Positions 35,490 to 47,072 of a DNA stretch of 64,000 nt are shown piece by piece. Source of the stretch: Mobula hypostoma. Its lineage: Eukaryota. The position numbers and the translations under genes were made by a program. The first letter of the stretch is position 1, and each line of letters begins with the position of its first letter. A model generated the notes under the pieces. The model worked only from the letters and a program-made list of their open reading frames with translations. It had not been told where the DNA came from and did no database searches. The stretch covers positions 100,008,001 to 100,072,000 of the forward strand of contig NC_086107.1 of assembly GCF_963921235.1 (NCBI RefSeq). The letters run 5' to 3'.

Positions 35490-35860
35490 CAGACTGTTTT
35501 CAGTCCAATTTTTAAAAAAATTAAACGATGGAGCCTTCAAAGCCCTGCACAGTAGAGAATTCCAAAGATCCACCATGCTCTGAATAAAGAAATATCCCTT
35601 CATTCCCATCCTAAATAGTCTACACCAAATTCTGAAATTGCAACTGCTAGTTTCATTCTCCTCTACTGGGAGAAACATCTTTACTGCATCTAATCTGTTG
35701 GACCTGGAAATTTTGTAAGTTTCAGTGAGATATCCTCTCGTTCTACAAAATCCGAGTGATTTGCGTCCAGTCTAATGTCTCCTCACAACACATAACTGCT
35801 ATCCACAAAACCAGTCTACTGAATCTTCACTGTGGTCCTACTTTAGCAAGTATATCCTAG
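35490..35860 (-). mobile_element. Degenerate CR1 3' fragment
   Basis: GTAGAGAATTCCAAAGATCCACCA, i.e. minus VDLWNSL motif. Confidence 0.6.
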
Positions 35861-36046
35861 TTTTATTCAGCTTGTCCCATTTCCTAAAGCCTGCTTTCCT
35901 AACAATTCCACAACAAAGTTAAAAAGGAAAAATAAAAATAAACCAATTCCAATTTAGCCTAATCATTGATATGGACTGCAAGTATCTGGGACCCAAGAAT
36001 CAATCCCTGAATGTACTCTGGTCTCCTTCTGCCATCTCAAAGATGT

Positions 36047-36350
36047 GTGGGCATGTGGCCAAGTGGTTAAGGCATTGGACTAGCGAGGTCGTGAGTTCGA
36101 GCCCCAGCCGAGGCAACGTGTTGTGTCCTTGAGCAAGGCACTTAATCACACATTGCTCTGCGATGACACTGGTGCCAAGCTGTATGGGTCCTAATGCCCT
36201 TCCCTTGGACAACATTGGTGTCGTGGAGGGGAGACTTGCAGCATGGGCAACTGCTGGTCTTCCATATAACCTTGCCCAGGCCTGCACCCTGGAGAGTGAA
36301 GACTTTCCAGGTGCAGATCCATGGTCTCGCAAGACTAACGGATGCCTTTA
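36047..36350 (+). mobile_element. Young tRNA-derived SINE
   Basis: Near-identical to 25058-25371 and 44637-44942. Confidence 0.9.
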
Positions 36351-36867
36351 ATCAATTAACCCAGTACTGCAAATTATCCCTTATTAAGAGGCAAAAAAAT
36401 CAGACGAGTGTTGATAGGCATGCAAGGCAAAATAAGTTATGGGAGAATGGCAACACACATAAAAGTTGCTGGTGGTCATCCTCGTGTATGGGAGAATGGG
36501 ACGGATAAGATCACTCTGCCGAGAACTGATATAGACAAATAGGCTGAATGATCAACTTTCTAAAAGGATAACTGGTCAGTAAAACCCTATTAGTACACAA
36601 ACTACCAACCCTTTATTCCCATGCGTTCCTAATCAATAACCAACTCTCAACCTTATGTCTGGGTATAACCCCCCCAACTCACTTGGCTAACCTTGTTGAC
36701 CATCGTCCTGTGTGGGACCTTGTCGAGAGCCCCCTGAAAAATGTGAATATAATAAGTGTCACAATGATTCCCAGATAACTAGCCCATTCTTTTCGACACC
36801 AAATGAGCTAGCAGCCGCTCTCCCTTTGATCCCCGCTCTTATCCCTTCGCCCCAATCCCCATCTCAC

Positions 36868-36920
36868 CTCGTACACGCTGCCACAAGCGCTGCTGGTCTA
36901 GTCCCTCCGTCACTTCCTGG
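36868..36920 (-). other. TXN2: Probable non-coding exon 1 of TXN2 (5' boundary uncertain)
   Basis: Donor CGAG|gtgaga at 36868/36867 in a locally CpG-rich, non-repetitive patch. Splicing to the ATG exon gives GAG-ATG-G, a strong Kozak context. Confidence 0.65.
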
Positions 36921-37165
36921 AAACGGATTCCCAGTCGTCTTCGCGGTGTGGAACAGACATCGCCACACTCTCTTTTGCCTTTCTTTCTGCGGAATACAGA
37001 GCAGTTTTTTAAAACTTGTTTCGTCTCATGGGGGCAGTGGAAGATCACAGACTCCTCTGAAATTATATTTTAAAAAAGCTTTCTCTCTGGTCGCCATCTT
37101 TGTAAAGGAGACCACCGTCGGAAGTGGGCGGGTGACGTTGCTTGCAGGTACGACCGCGTTGACAT
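36880..37165. promoter_or_regulatory. Probable TXN2 housekeeping-type promoter
   Basis: CpG-enriched. Contains an ETS/half-CRE composite CAGGAAGTGACG (minus, 36908-36919), YY1 motif CGCCATCTT (37092-37100), ETS CGGAAGTG (37119-37126), GC box GGGCGG (37126-37131) and TGACGT (37133-37138). Confidence 0.65.
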
Positions 37166-37668
37166 TGTGGTGCTTAGGCCTCGTTCTTGCTTGTGAAGTA
37201 TATGGATTTACTAAATTGTGGGAACCACAAAACAGTCCCGTCGATAAGCATAAAAGCTTCGTGTGGGAAAAGATCTAATTTCTCCTAATTCGTGCATTGC
37301 CCTAAATAGTTCCACAAATTTCTTTCTGCAGGAAAACAGCTGAAAATTTATTTGATATAATGTTAATATAAAGAGCTGCACAGTTTTAAGGCCGTGTTAA
37401 AAATTCCTGCTCAGACCAATGTTTTGTCTGCGCAGCTGTAAAAAAAAATTAGAGGGAACATTGTTACTAACTATGCTCCCTCTATTCGTATCAAAATCAT
37501 TCACATATATTGCTGACAGTGAGGGTCCCATCACTGATCCCTGTGGAACACCAATAGTCACAGTCATTCAAGCACAAAAATAGACCTCTACTATCACCCT
37601 GTTCTATTACTTACTGCCTGTTACACCACTGGTGCTTATTTCAGCAATGAAGGTCCTCCATCTCTGGT

Positions 37669-37871
37669 AAACACGAGGAAATCTGCAGATGCTGGAATTT
37701 CAAGCAACACACATAAAAGTTGCTGGTGAACGCAGCAGGCCAGGCAGCAACTCTAGGAAGAGGTACAGTCGACGTTTTGGGCCAAGACCCTTCGGGCCCG
37801 AAACATCAACTGTACCTCTTCCAAGAGATGCTGCCTGGCCTGCTGCGTTCACCAGCAACTTTCATGTGTGT
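37669..37871. mobile_element. Fold-back (palindromic) Penelope terminus with 15-bp TSD
   Basis: Long inverted arms; TSD TCCTCCATCTCTGGT at 37654-37668 and 37872-37886. Confidence 0.9.
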
Positions 37872-37980
37872 TCCTCCATCTCTGGTGGTGTTCAGGGGCT
37901 CCTTCATCATGTCAGTAGCTTCTTCTCAGTTTTCACTCCTGTCAGCCATACAAGTCCTGGATGGAGACTGAGGAATACTG

Positions 37981-38259
37981 AGGGCACAGGAGTACATTCT
38001 GCCAGAGACTCATTCCACCGAGATGCAACACAGAGCATCATAGGAAGTCATTCCTGCCTGTGGCCATCAAACATTACCAACTCCTCCTTTGGAGGGTCAG
38101 ACACCCTGAGCCAATAGACTGGTCCTGGACTTATTTCCTGGCATAATTTACATATTACTATTTAACTATTTATGGTTTTATTACTATTTAATTATTTATG
38201 GTGCAACCGTAACGAAAACCAATTTCCCCCCCAGGATCAATAAAGTATGACTATGACTG
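37981..38259 (+). mobile_element. Rex/Babar-type 3' end
   Basis: RLIPPRCNTEHHRKSFLPVAIK; tail GGATCAATAAAGTATGACTATGACT. Confidence 0.7.
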
Positions 38260-39924
38260 TCACACTCACACTCAGGCGTAGAAGGATTCTTAATAACCGT
38301 TTTTGTAACAGTGTTGTTTTACCAGTCATGTTTGTTAGCCTGGAGCTGAACCTCCAAACATAGAGGACCGGTGGACTACACTTAGACCTCTATCCTTTGA
38401 CTCCCCATGGGTGATTCTACCAAGAGCCAAAGCATAAAGCCCTGACTCCAGCCAAAATTGCTTTCTGGATCATTGAGACATGCAAGCCTCCAAAAGGCAA
38501 CAAGGTTGTGGTCCTTTTGGAGGGTGTCTCCTATTGCAAAGACAATTTTGGATCCAGTTTGCTAACTTGTTCTGGATCCCATGGTCCATAATCTTTTGTT
38601 TCCCATCTGGGAACTTGTCAAAGGTCTTCCTGAACTCCATCTAAACCACATGTACTGCACTGACTTCATCAATACATTTTGTTACCTCCTTGAAAAACTG
38701 AGTTGAATTGGTCAAACAAGTTCTGCACTTGACATAGCCATGCTGGGTGTCTCTGATCAGTCTCTGCCTCCCCATGTGATCATTAATCTTGTCCCTCAAT
38801 TTATACCAATAACTTTCCTACTATTGACAGTAGGCTCAGAGGTTTGTAATTTCTCCCAGGCTTTTCACTGCTGCCCTTCTTGAAGACTGGTACCACATTT
38901 GCTGTCCTCCAGCCATGTGGTACCTCATTTGTGGAAGCAAAGGTTTAAAAATCTCAGCCAGCACCACAGCAATCCCTTTTCTTACAATCCATAGTTGCTT
39001 GAGATAAATTTCATCTGGCAGTGGTGATTAGTCCACCTTCAGGCCCACAAAAGCATCGAGTACCTTCTCTTGATTTATGGAAAATTTCCCCCTTCCCTTT
39101 TACTGAGGTCTTCAACTGCAAGGTCTGTTTCCTTTGTGACTACTGATTAAAAGTATATATTTAGGACCTCACCTGTATCTTCTAGCTCCACTGCAATTGT
39201 CCTGGTTGTCCCTTACTCTTTCCTTTGTTACTCTTTAATGTACATATAAAATGCCTTCATATTTATCTTCATCCTGCCTACTACTAATATCTTATGACCT
39301 TCTCTTTGTCTGTTTTTTTCCCTTTTTAAGCATCATCCCATGCTTTTGCCTTAGAGGGACCACCCTTGTCTTTACTTCTCTGTAAATGCTATATGCTTCT
39401 TTTTTCCCTTTAACCAACCTTCAAAAAACATACAGGATTTCCTGTACTTGTTAGCCCTGGCTTTCAGCTTTACAGTAGTACATTGGCCCTGAAATCTTAC
39501 TGTTTTTCCTTTGAATGCTTCCCACTGTACAGATGTAAACTTACTTCAAATAGATGCTCCTGGTCTACTTTTGACAAATCCTGTCTTATTTTAGTGAAAC
39601 TAGCCTCACCTTCCCCCCACTCCCTTCCCCATTTCATACTGTACCTCTACTTTTGGTCTATCCCCTTCTTCCTCTTCTTCTTTGCAATAAAAACTGACTG
39701 CCTTCCACTTGAAATCTGTACATTCGGTGATGAGTCCTGGTTAGGGTCTGTAGTCTCTCCTACATGTAGAGCAGATAGTGTTTGACAGAGCAGAGGATAC
39801 ATTGCTTGATCTGTAAGCTTCATCTATATTCTCCGTGTGCTCTTGCAATGAGACGTGAGGTACTCTGGGTCTTCCTGGATGTTCCTTTTCCATTTTTGGT
39901 GGTCACAGACTAAGTTAAGACTTT

Positions 39925-40505
39925 AAGATATAGGAGCAGAATTAGGCTATTCGGCCCATCGAGTCTGTTCCGCCATTTCATCATGGCTGATCCATTTTCC
40001 TCTCAGTCCCAATCTCCTGCCTTCTCCCTGTATCCCTTCATGCCCTGACTAATCAAGAATCTTATCAACCTCTGCCTTAAATATATCTAATGCCTTGGCA
40101 TCCATACCTGCCTATGGGAATGGATTCCACAGATTCAGCACTCTTCGGCTAAAGAAATTCCTCCTCATCTCTGTTCCAATGGGCGCCCCTCTATTCTGAG
40201 GCTGTGTCCACTGGTCCTAGGCTCCCGCACCACAGGAAACATCCTCTCCATGTCCAGTTTATTCGATAGGTTTCAATGAAATTCCTCCTCATTCTTCTGA
40301 ATTCCTGTGAGTGCTGGCCCAGAGCCATCAAATACTCCTCACATGATAAAGCCTTTCATTCCTGGAATCATTTTCGTGAACCTCTCTTTGAACTATCTCT
40401 AACGTCACCACATTCTTTCTTAGATTAACGCTCACAATACTCCAAGTGAGGCCTCACCAGTGCCTTATAAAGCCTCAAAATTACCTCCTTGCTTTTATAC
40501 TCTAC
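39925..40505 (-). mobile_element. CR1 3' fragment
   Basis: TAAGATATAGGAGCAGAATTAGGCTATTCGGCCC tail; CACAATACTCCAAGTGAGGCCTCACCAGTGCCTTATA (minus [13 protein letters not shown]). Confidence 0.85.
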
Positions 40506-40831
40506 ATAAGTTAGTGAGAATAATACTTTTTTTCAGGAAACCTCTTGTTATTGCTGGTTGAATTGCGTGGAACCTCAACTTTAGCAACTTGGCATGAAAG
40601 AAAAATGATAACATTGTTTATTTTGCCAATGGATGTGGAGGATTTAATGGAAACAGCTTTGTGGCACCTCTCCAGTGTGTTTTGAAGTGATCTTTGTCAG
40701 ATATTTCAATGTCATAGCCAGGGAGTTGACTTTATGCATCCCTTGTTTGAATTTTCATTTTTCAATATTTATTTTACTATTTGTTCATATTTTTATAGTT
40801 CTTTTTGCCTCTATAAATCATTATTCTAATC

Positions 40832-42778
40832 CAGTGAATTCCAGATAATTGGGCCATCGGTTCATTGGGGCAGCAGCTTATTTGGGACAACCCTTAAAGA
40901 CAAAAACTAATCAAGAAAATCGCCAGAATTTTCTTCATTTATTTGGGACACCATGCTGCTTTATTGGGACAGGAGATTGCTGCCGGACGGTCTCTAACTG
41001 GTGTCAGTTGCGTGCACTTGCGTGTCCGTTAGACACTACACCGAATGGTTTTTCAATAGTGTCAGCTGTGTGTGTTTGTGTTGAAAAAGCAGTGAGCAGT
41101 GATTTCTGTCACTGATAGTTGGCAAGAAATCAACAGTAAGACAATTCCTGTCTGTTTTGTTCACTGTGGTTTCAAGCATTCAAACTTGGAGATGTGAGGA
41201 TCAGCTGGGAACGAAAATGAAACAATTTCACTACTTCAGCAAATTAGGAACTGCAAAGAATTTGAAGGTATCAACAATCATCTTGAATGTTACAATAAAA
41301 ATGAAGGTTTGGGGGATACAACAGTTTTTAACTAACATCAGTCACGTGCACATGCAGGCTGTTGGACATTACACCTTGCTTAGAGCGAATAGCTTCTGCT
41401 TGTGATATGTCATTCATTTGGGCCGACTGAGGGCAAGTCAAAAAGCAGTGTTTTTGACACTGCCTCATGCAGAAAGGCAATGAAGGCAGTCCATTTTCTG
41501 CACTAGGTGTCTCCAGTGATTTTGTTCATTCAATCAGGAGAACATGGAGGTATACACTATTAATTCCTCCATCAATAACTATTAGGAATTAATACACAGT
41601 TTTATAGTTTAGGGCAACAATGAAGGTCCCTTAGCCATCTTCTCTGTTGTGCCCTAGGTTTTGGTCAGGGTCCTCATTTCTGCTTGTACAATACAGTGCC
41701 AAGTTGTCTTTGGTCTCCTGTACCTCCGCCCTTCAACGGTCCAATGTCTTGATGATGGAGTTGGCCTCTCTTCTCAACATCTGCACAATCCATCTCCAGC
41801 ATTTCCTCATGATGATTGTGGCCCTGCCCTCTTGATGACACTGAAGGTGCAGGGCACGGTTGGAGATCTTTCTTGGCCAGAAAATATGGAGGGTCTTCCG
41901 GAGGCTCATGGGGTGGAATGACGACAGATCTGCAAGGTCGCTCCCTGTCACACGCCAACATTCTGACCCATACAAGAGTCTGGACAGATCACAGCTCTGG
42001 TACACTTCACTTTGGTGTGGACACTGTACTTGGTTAATCCCCAGATGGTACCCATTGATCTGAAGATATTTCTAGCTTTGCTGAGTCTGCAGTGGACGTC
42101 GTCCTTGGCCCCGTCATCCTGCCAAATGATGCTGCCCAGGTAGGTGAATCTGCTGGTGCTAGATAAGTCGGTGGGAGGAGGAGACTCTACATTGAGGGTC
42201 ATGGTCTCAGACTTTCTCCGGCTGACTCTTGAGTCCAACCTGTCCCCCAAAAATACACAGACAATGAGTTTTCTCTTGCATGTGCTGGTGTGTATGTGAT
42301 AGTAATGCGAGGTCATCTCCGAGGTCAAGGTCTTCTAAAGTAGAAAATAGAGTCCACCTAATGCCTCTTTGCTTGTCTTCTTTTTGCCTCATAACTCAGT
42401 CAATCACCAGGTTAAACCTTCCCTAACTCCTGTCTTGACTTCAAAGCTCAAATTGCAGTCCCCAGCTGTGCAGGTGAACAAACTACTATTTAACTGAGTA
42501 ACAAATTATTTTAACTGAAGTACAGAACAAATTAGAATACTACCTTTTTTCACTACAGTACTATAAAACTGCAACTTTCACCTGCACAGTTTTATGGTTC
42601 TGTAGTAAAAATGGTAGTATTCTAACTTGTTCTGTATTTCATTTAAATATATAATTTGTTACTCAGGTAAATGGTAGTTTGTCTTTTTTAAACTATTTTC
42701 ATGAAACTTCGGCTAATTGGAGCAGCCATTTAATTGAGCCAAAATATACTCAGTGTCCCAATTAATCAAATCCACTGT
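40832..42778. mobile_element. Tigger/pogo-like non-autonomous DNA transposon interrupted by an RTE fragment
   Basis: Imperfect TIR CAGTGAATTCCAGATAATTGGG versus CCCAATTAATCAAATCCACTG-TA; internal TAATTGGG/TTGGGACA repeats. Confidence 0.55.
41612..42478 (-). mobile_element. RTE-clade LINE, RT C-terminal remnant
   Basis: GIRWTLFSTLEDLDLGDDLALLS, FTYLGSII, RLSKARNIF, LLYGSECW and IFWPRKISN. Confidence 0.85.
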
Positions 42779-42893
42779 ACTTCTATATCACTTTTGTCCC
42801 TTTGACCTCTTACTATTTAATGTTAGCTTTGTATTTTTTCTCTTTATATCTATCCTGTTAGTTATTTAGGTTGATCTTGGTTTTAATGGAATG

Positions 42894-43395
42894 TACACCC
42901 TGTGGCCACTTTATTCTGTAGACCTGTACACCTGCTCATTAATGCAAATATCTAATCAGTCTATTATGTGGCAGCAACACAATGCATAAAAACATGCAGA
43001 CATGGTCAAGAGCTTTAGACCAAACATCAGAATGAAGAAGAATGTGATCTAAACGATTTTGACCGTGGAACAATTGTTGGTACCAGACAGGGCGGGTTAA
43101 GTTTCTGAGAAACTGCTATCTCCTGGGATTTTGACGCACGACAGTCTCTAGAGTTTACAGAAGATGGTGCAAAAGAACAAAAATGTCCAGTGAGTAGCAC
43201 TTCTGTGGGCAAAAATGCCTTGTTATTGAGAGAAGTCAGAGGAGAATAGTCAGACTAGTTCAAGCTAACAGGAAGGCAAACACAGATAGCTGAAATAACC
43301 ACACAATTCAACAGTAGTGTGCATATCTGAATGCACCAGACCCTGAAGTGGATAGGCTACAGCAGCAGAAGACCATGAACTTACAGGAGGTACAG
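42894..43395 (+). mobile_element. Tc1 transposon remnant (N-terminal DNA-binding region)
   Basis: DLNDFDRGTIVGTRQGGLS..ETAISWDF / TTVSRVYRRW / FCGQKCLVIERSQRRIVRLVQANRKA / GYSSRRP. Confidence 0.8.
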
Positions 43396-44384
43396 AGTAA
43401 AGGGGCCGGGGTCTATCTTCCAACTCTTGCTCACCTGCCTTACCAATGTTTTAGCTCTTAATGAATACAGTATTTTTCCACCTCATCTTATCATGTCACA
43501 GTTAGGTATTTTTTTTTACAAAGTATCTGTTTGGTCTTGTATCTTATTCAAAGGTTCATTTATTATCAAACTATATATCCATATACAACTCTGAGATCCG
43601 TCTTCTCCAGATAGGTTTTTTAATCATTGTCTGGAATATTATTGTATTATGATTACTGTTAGCTCCTTATTCCCTTGCATTTATACATTATCTAAGTTAT
43701 TCATAACTCAATCCAATAGTTCAAAGTCTTTTGTTCAGTTTCCTATCAAAACTGGAGTCCTTTATCTCTTCATTCTCCTCCCGCTTCCACTGCAAGATGG
43801 CATGTGCTGTCTGTGAGTTTAATCCCTTAATGATCCATTCCAAGTTTATTGACTGATTGTGGCTGTCCTTTAGTGCATTTTTCTCCCCTGCCTCAAGAGG
43901 AAATGCCTGAAAAACAGCTGAAGAAAACATTGTTGTGACTCAAGATCTATTACATGGCATAATTGTCTGCAGACAGCATTAGTAACACTGCCTCAGAGAT
44001 AATAAGTTTAGGACAACTCAATCTTTTGAATTAATCCCATGCAGTTTTCGATTATGAGGAGGTGTTTTAAAAAGAAGTATTTTGGCAAATGGTGATTGGT
44101 CCTTTGGATTTTATGTATAGTAATTTTTATAGACCATTCATTCCTTGTACTTGGAAATCCTACTGGAAGCCAGATGGGAATGCTGCTATGTGGTGAAATA
44201 TTAAAAGCTGGAGATTATTTGTTGCTGAGATGCCATTTGGAATGTTTAGAGGTTTCAGTGGGGCTCCACAGTGACTCACTGAGATAAGGAAGTATACAAA
44301 CAAGCTGCTGGGAAGTTGCAATTTGCAAGGAAAGCTTATTTTGACAAGTTCAGCATCTCTGGATGAGGGAAGGAAAAGTCAATA

Positions 44385-45165
44385 TGAGAACAGCTGAGAG
44401 GATCATAGGGGACATTTATTGGAAGCGCTGCATACGCAGGGCCCTGAGTATTATTAAGGATCCCACCCATTCAACCATCATCCTCTCTGACTTTCTACCA
44501 TCAGGCAGGAGACTCCGATGCATAAAAACAAGAACAGTCAGGCTGGGAAACAGTTTCTTCCCTCAGGCCATTAGGCTTCTGAACTCCCTGACACGTCGTA
44601 TTCAAGTGTCACTGGTTAATCTGTTCTGTACCTTACAAGTGGCCAAGTGGTTAAGGCATTGGACTAGCTACCTGAAGGTCATGAGTTCGAGCCCCAGCCG
44701 AGGGAACGTGTTGTGTCCTTGAGCAAGCCCATTTAATCACCCATTGCTCTGTGACGACACTGGTGCCAAGCTGTATGGGTCCTAATGCCCTTCCCTTGGA
44801 CAACATTGGTGTCGTGGAGAGGGGAGACTTGCAACATGGGCAACTGCTGGTTTTCCATACAACCTTGCCTAGGCCTGCGCCCTGAAGAGTGAAGATTTTC
44901 CAGGCGCAGATCCATGGTCTCGCAAGACTAATGGATACCTTTTACCTTACGGTATTTAATATTAATACACTTTAGTTTGTTACTTATGAGTGATTCATCT
45001 GTAGATTTTATCCTCACCTTCACAAGTTATCGCGTGTTATGTGTGTTATATGTACCACTGTGCTTTACAGCCTGGTTTGGAGAAATCTTGTCTTGTTTCT
45101 ATATACATTATATGGTTATATATGTTATATACATGAATGTAGTTAAATGGCAATAAACTTGACCT
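44385..45165 (+). mobile_element. Rex/Babar 3' fragment interrupted by a SINE
   Basis: RALSIIKDPTH...LPSGRRLRCIKTRTVRLGNSFFPQAIRLLN; tail CAATAAACTTGAC. Confidence 0.8.
44637..44942 (+). mobile_element. Young tRNA-derived SINE with 8-bp TSD
   Basis: TSD TACCTTAC at 44629-44636 and 44943-44950. Confidence 0.9.
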
Positions 45166-45374
45166 TCCGTTTCTGCTTAGAGTGGCTGCATTGATGTTGT
45201 TTGTGGTGTATGTTGGGTGAACTGAACAAAAATGTTGTTTTTTAGTAATGGTGTTGGCTATTGGTTATCCTGTGAGCTGCTAGGTGTCAGAAGAATATAT
45301 GCAGAGATCTCATTATTCAAAATTACACGTGTTTAATATGTATTGTAATTATAACAGAAAGCTAATCAGGTAAT

Positions 45375-46695
45375 GTTTCTCGAACTTTGCACCCCCCCCT
45401 TCACCATTTCCCATTCCTATTGACTTCTCTCACCTCATCTCCTTACCTGCCCATCACCTCCCTCTGGTGCTCCTTCCCCTTCCCTTTCTTCCATGGCCTT
45501 CAAAGCTTCAAAGGTTCATTTATTATCAAAGTACGCAATTTGAAATTCTTCTTCTCCAGGTAGCCATGAAACTAAGAAAGAAAAGAAAGGCATCTTGATC
45601 ATCAATCCCCCAAATACCCCGTGCACAAAAAACAAACAAAAACAAAACAGGCACGTTGACCCCCAAATCCCCCTCTCAGAGAAAAAAAACAAGAAGATCT
45701 GGCAAAAATCACATTATATAAAAAAGACAAGATTGAAAAACAGTCCATAGTCCAAGTCCACATCCAAAACACAGAAAACCTGAGCAACACTCTCTAGGCA
45801 TAGCGACAGGCCTTTCCCTCTCCAAAGCAGAGCGATCAAAAGACAGGCTGTTGGCATTCACCCTCTGCACTCACCTCAACACTTCAATCTCCCTTATCAC
45901 TTTAATCGATGAACAATGGAAGCTTTAATCAGCAGAATGGTGTCAAACATTGGCTTGCACTCTGTTCCGCAGCCTGCCCACCATAAGGTTCGTGCATGCT
46001 GCCTCTGTCTCCTGGAATCTCTCTCAGAGACTGCAGAATGCTGAAACAATCTCCAAGCTTCCGCATTCACCTTGATGTTTCAATCTCCCTTGCTGCTTTA
46101 ATCAGCAAACAATGAAGCTTTAATTGGCGAAATGGAGTTGAATGTTGGCTGGCACCCTGTCTCGCAGCTTGCCTATGCTTGCCACCTCTGCCTCCCAGAA
46201 TCCTCTCAGAGACTGCGGAACCCAAATGATCTGCAAACTGCAAATCACAGGCCCCAACAGTTCCATAATCATATCCAAGACAAAAAAACATAAAACTAGT
46301 GAAATGTATGGTTTCATGATGCATCCAGAAGATGTCGACTGAGGGAGCATTGAACGCAGGCATCGTCTTGACCAGAGAGTCTTCTATGCTCTCCTATTAG
46401 ATGCCCCCTTCTCCGGCCCTTTATCTCTTTCATGAATCAACTTCCCAGCTCTTTACTTCACCCCTCCATCCCCCTTGCGGTTTCACCTATCACCTACCAC
46501 CTTGTACTTCTTCCTCCCCTCCCCTCACCTTCTTAATCTGACTTCTCATCTTTTTTTTCCAGTCCTGGTGAAGGTCTCGGTCCAAAATGTTGACTGTTAA
46601 CTCTTTTCCATAGACACTGCCTGGCCTGCTGAGTTCCTGCGGTGTTTTTTGTGTGTTGTTTGGATTTCCAGCATCTGTAGATTTTCCTGTGTTAG
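45375..46695 (+). mobile_element. Penelope-like 3' terminal region split by an insertion at 45502-46380
   Basis: Pyrimidine-rich body continues across the insertion and ends CCAGCATCTGTAGATTTTCCTGTGTT. Confidence 0.75.
45502..46380 (-). mobile_element. ~880-bp non-coding dispersed element, apparently full length
   Basis: Minus 5' end TCTGGTCAAGACGATGCC, 3' tail AATAAATGAACCTTTGAAGCTTTGAAG; internal ~190-bp duplication; CTTC at both junctions. Confidence 0.65.
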
Positions 46696-46807
46696 TTAAT
46701 GCTTTGAAAAGTTTATTTTTGTGTTTGCATATTTACTGTGACAACAAACTGAAGAAAAACTCCCTTGATTTCTAACAACAATCAAATTAAATATTAAAAC
46801 TGTAATG

Positions 46808-47072
46808 GCAGGTAACTATAATAGCAGTTGGCGCAACGCTATTACCACTTGGAGCGTCAGAGTTCAAAGTTCAGTTGTGGCATGTCTGTAAGGAGTTTGT
46901 ACACGCTCCTTGTGACCGCGTGGATATCCTCCCAGGGTCCAAAGACGGACTGGTTAGTAGTTTAATTGGTCATTGTGAATTGACATATGATAAAGCTGGT
47001 GTTAAATACATCGGTTCTGAGTGGTGCGGCTCATTGGGCTGGAAGAGCCTGCTTCATGCTGTATCTCTAAAA
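46808..47072 (+). mobile_element. V-SINE, degenerate
   Basis: GTCTGTAAGGAGTTTGTACACGCTCC...TTAATTGGTCATTGTGAATTG. Confidence 0.65.

Larger units (their letters stand above)
37606..38522 (-). mobile_element. RTE-derived non-autonomous element split by two insertions
   Basis: The pieces 37606-37668, 37872-37980 and 38260-38522 are collinear with the reverse complement of 34472-34880. Confidence 0.75.
37480..39700 (-). mobile_element. Old CR1 remnant hosting nested insertions at 37606-38525
   Basis: GGTCCCATCACTGATCCCTGTGGAACACC (minus GVPQGSVMGP); the CR1 reading resumes after ~38525. Confidence 0.65.

Noticed and set aside
36047..36115. tRNA gene (also the heads at ~25300-25371 and 44637-44700)
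   Set aside because: The A/B boxes are SINE heads continuing into a repeated body, two copies have TSDs, and I could not form a complete cloverleaf.
36712..37278. 188-aa plus-strand ORF over the promoter
   Set aside because: It has a GTG start and no recognisable domain, and is explained by the locally high GC content.
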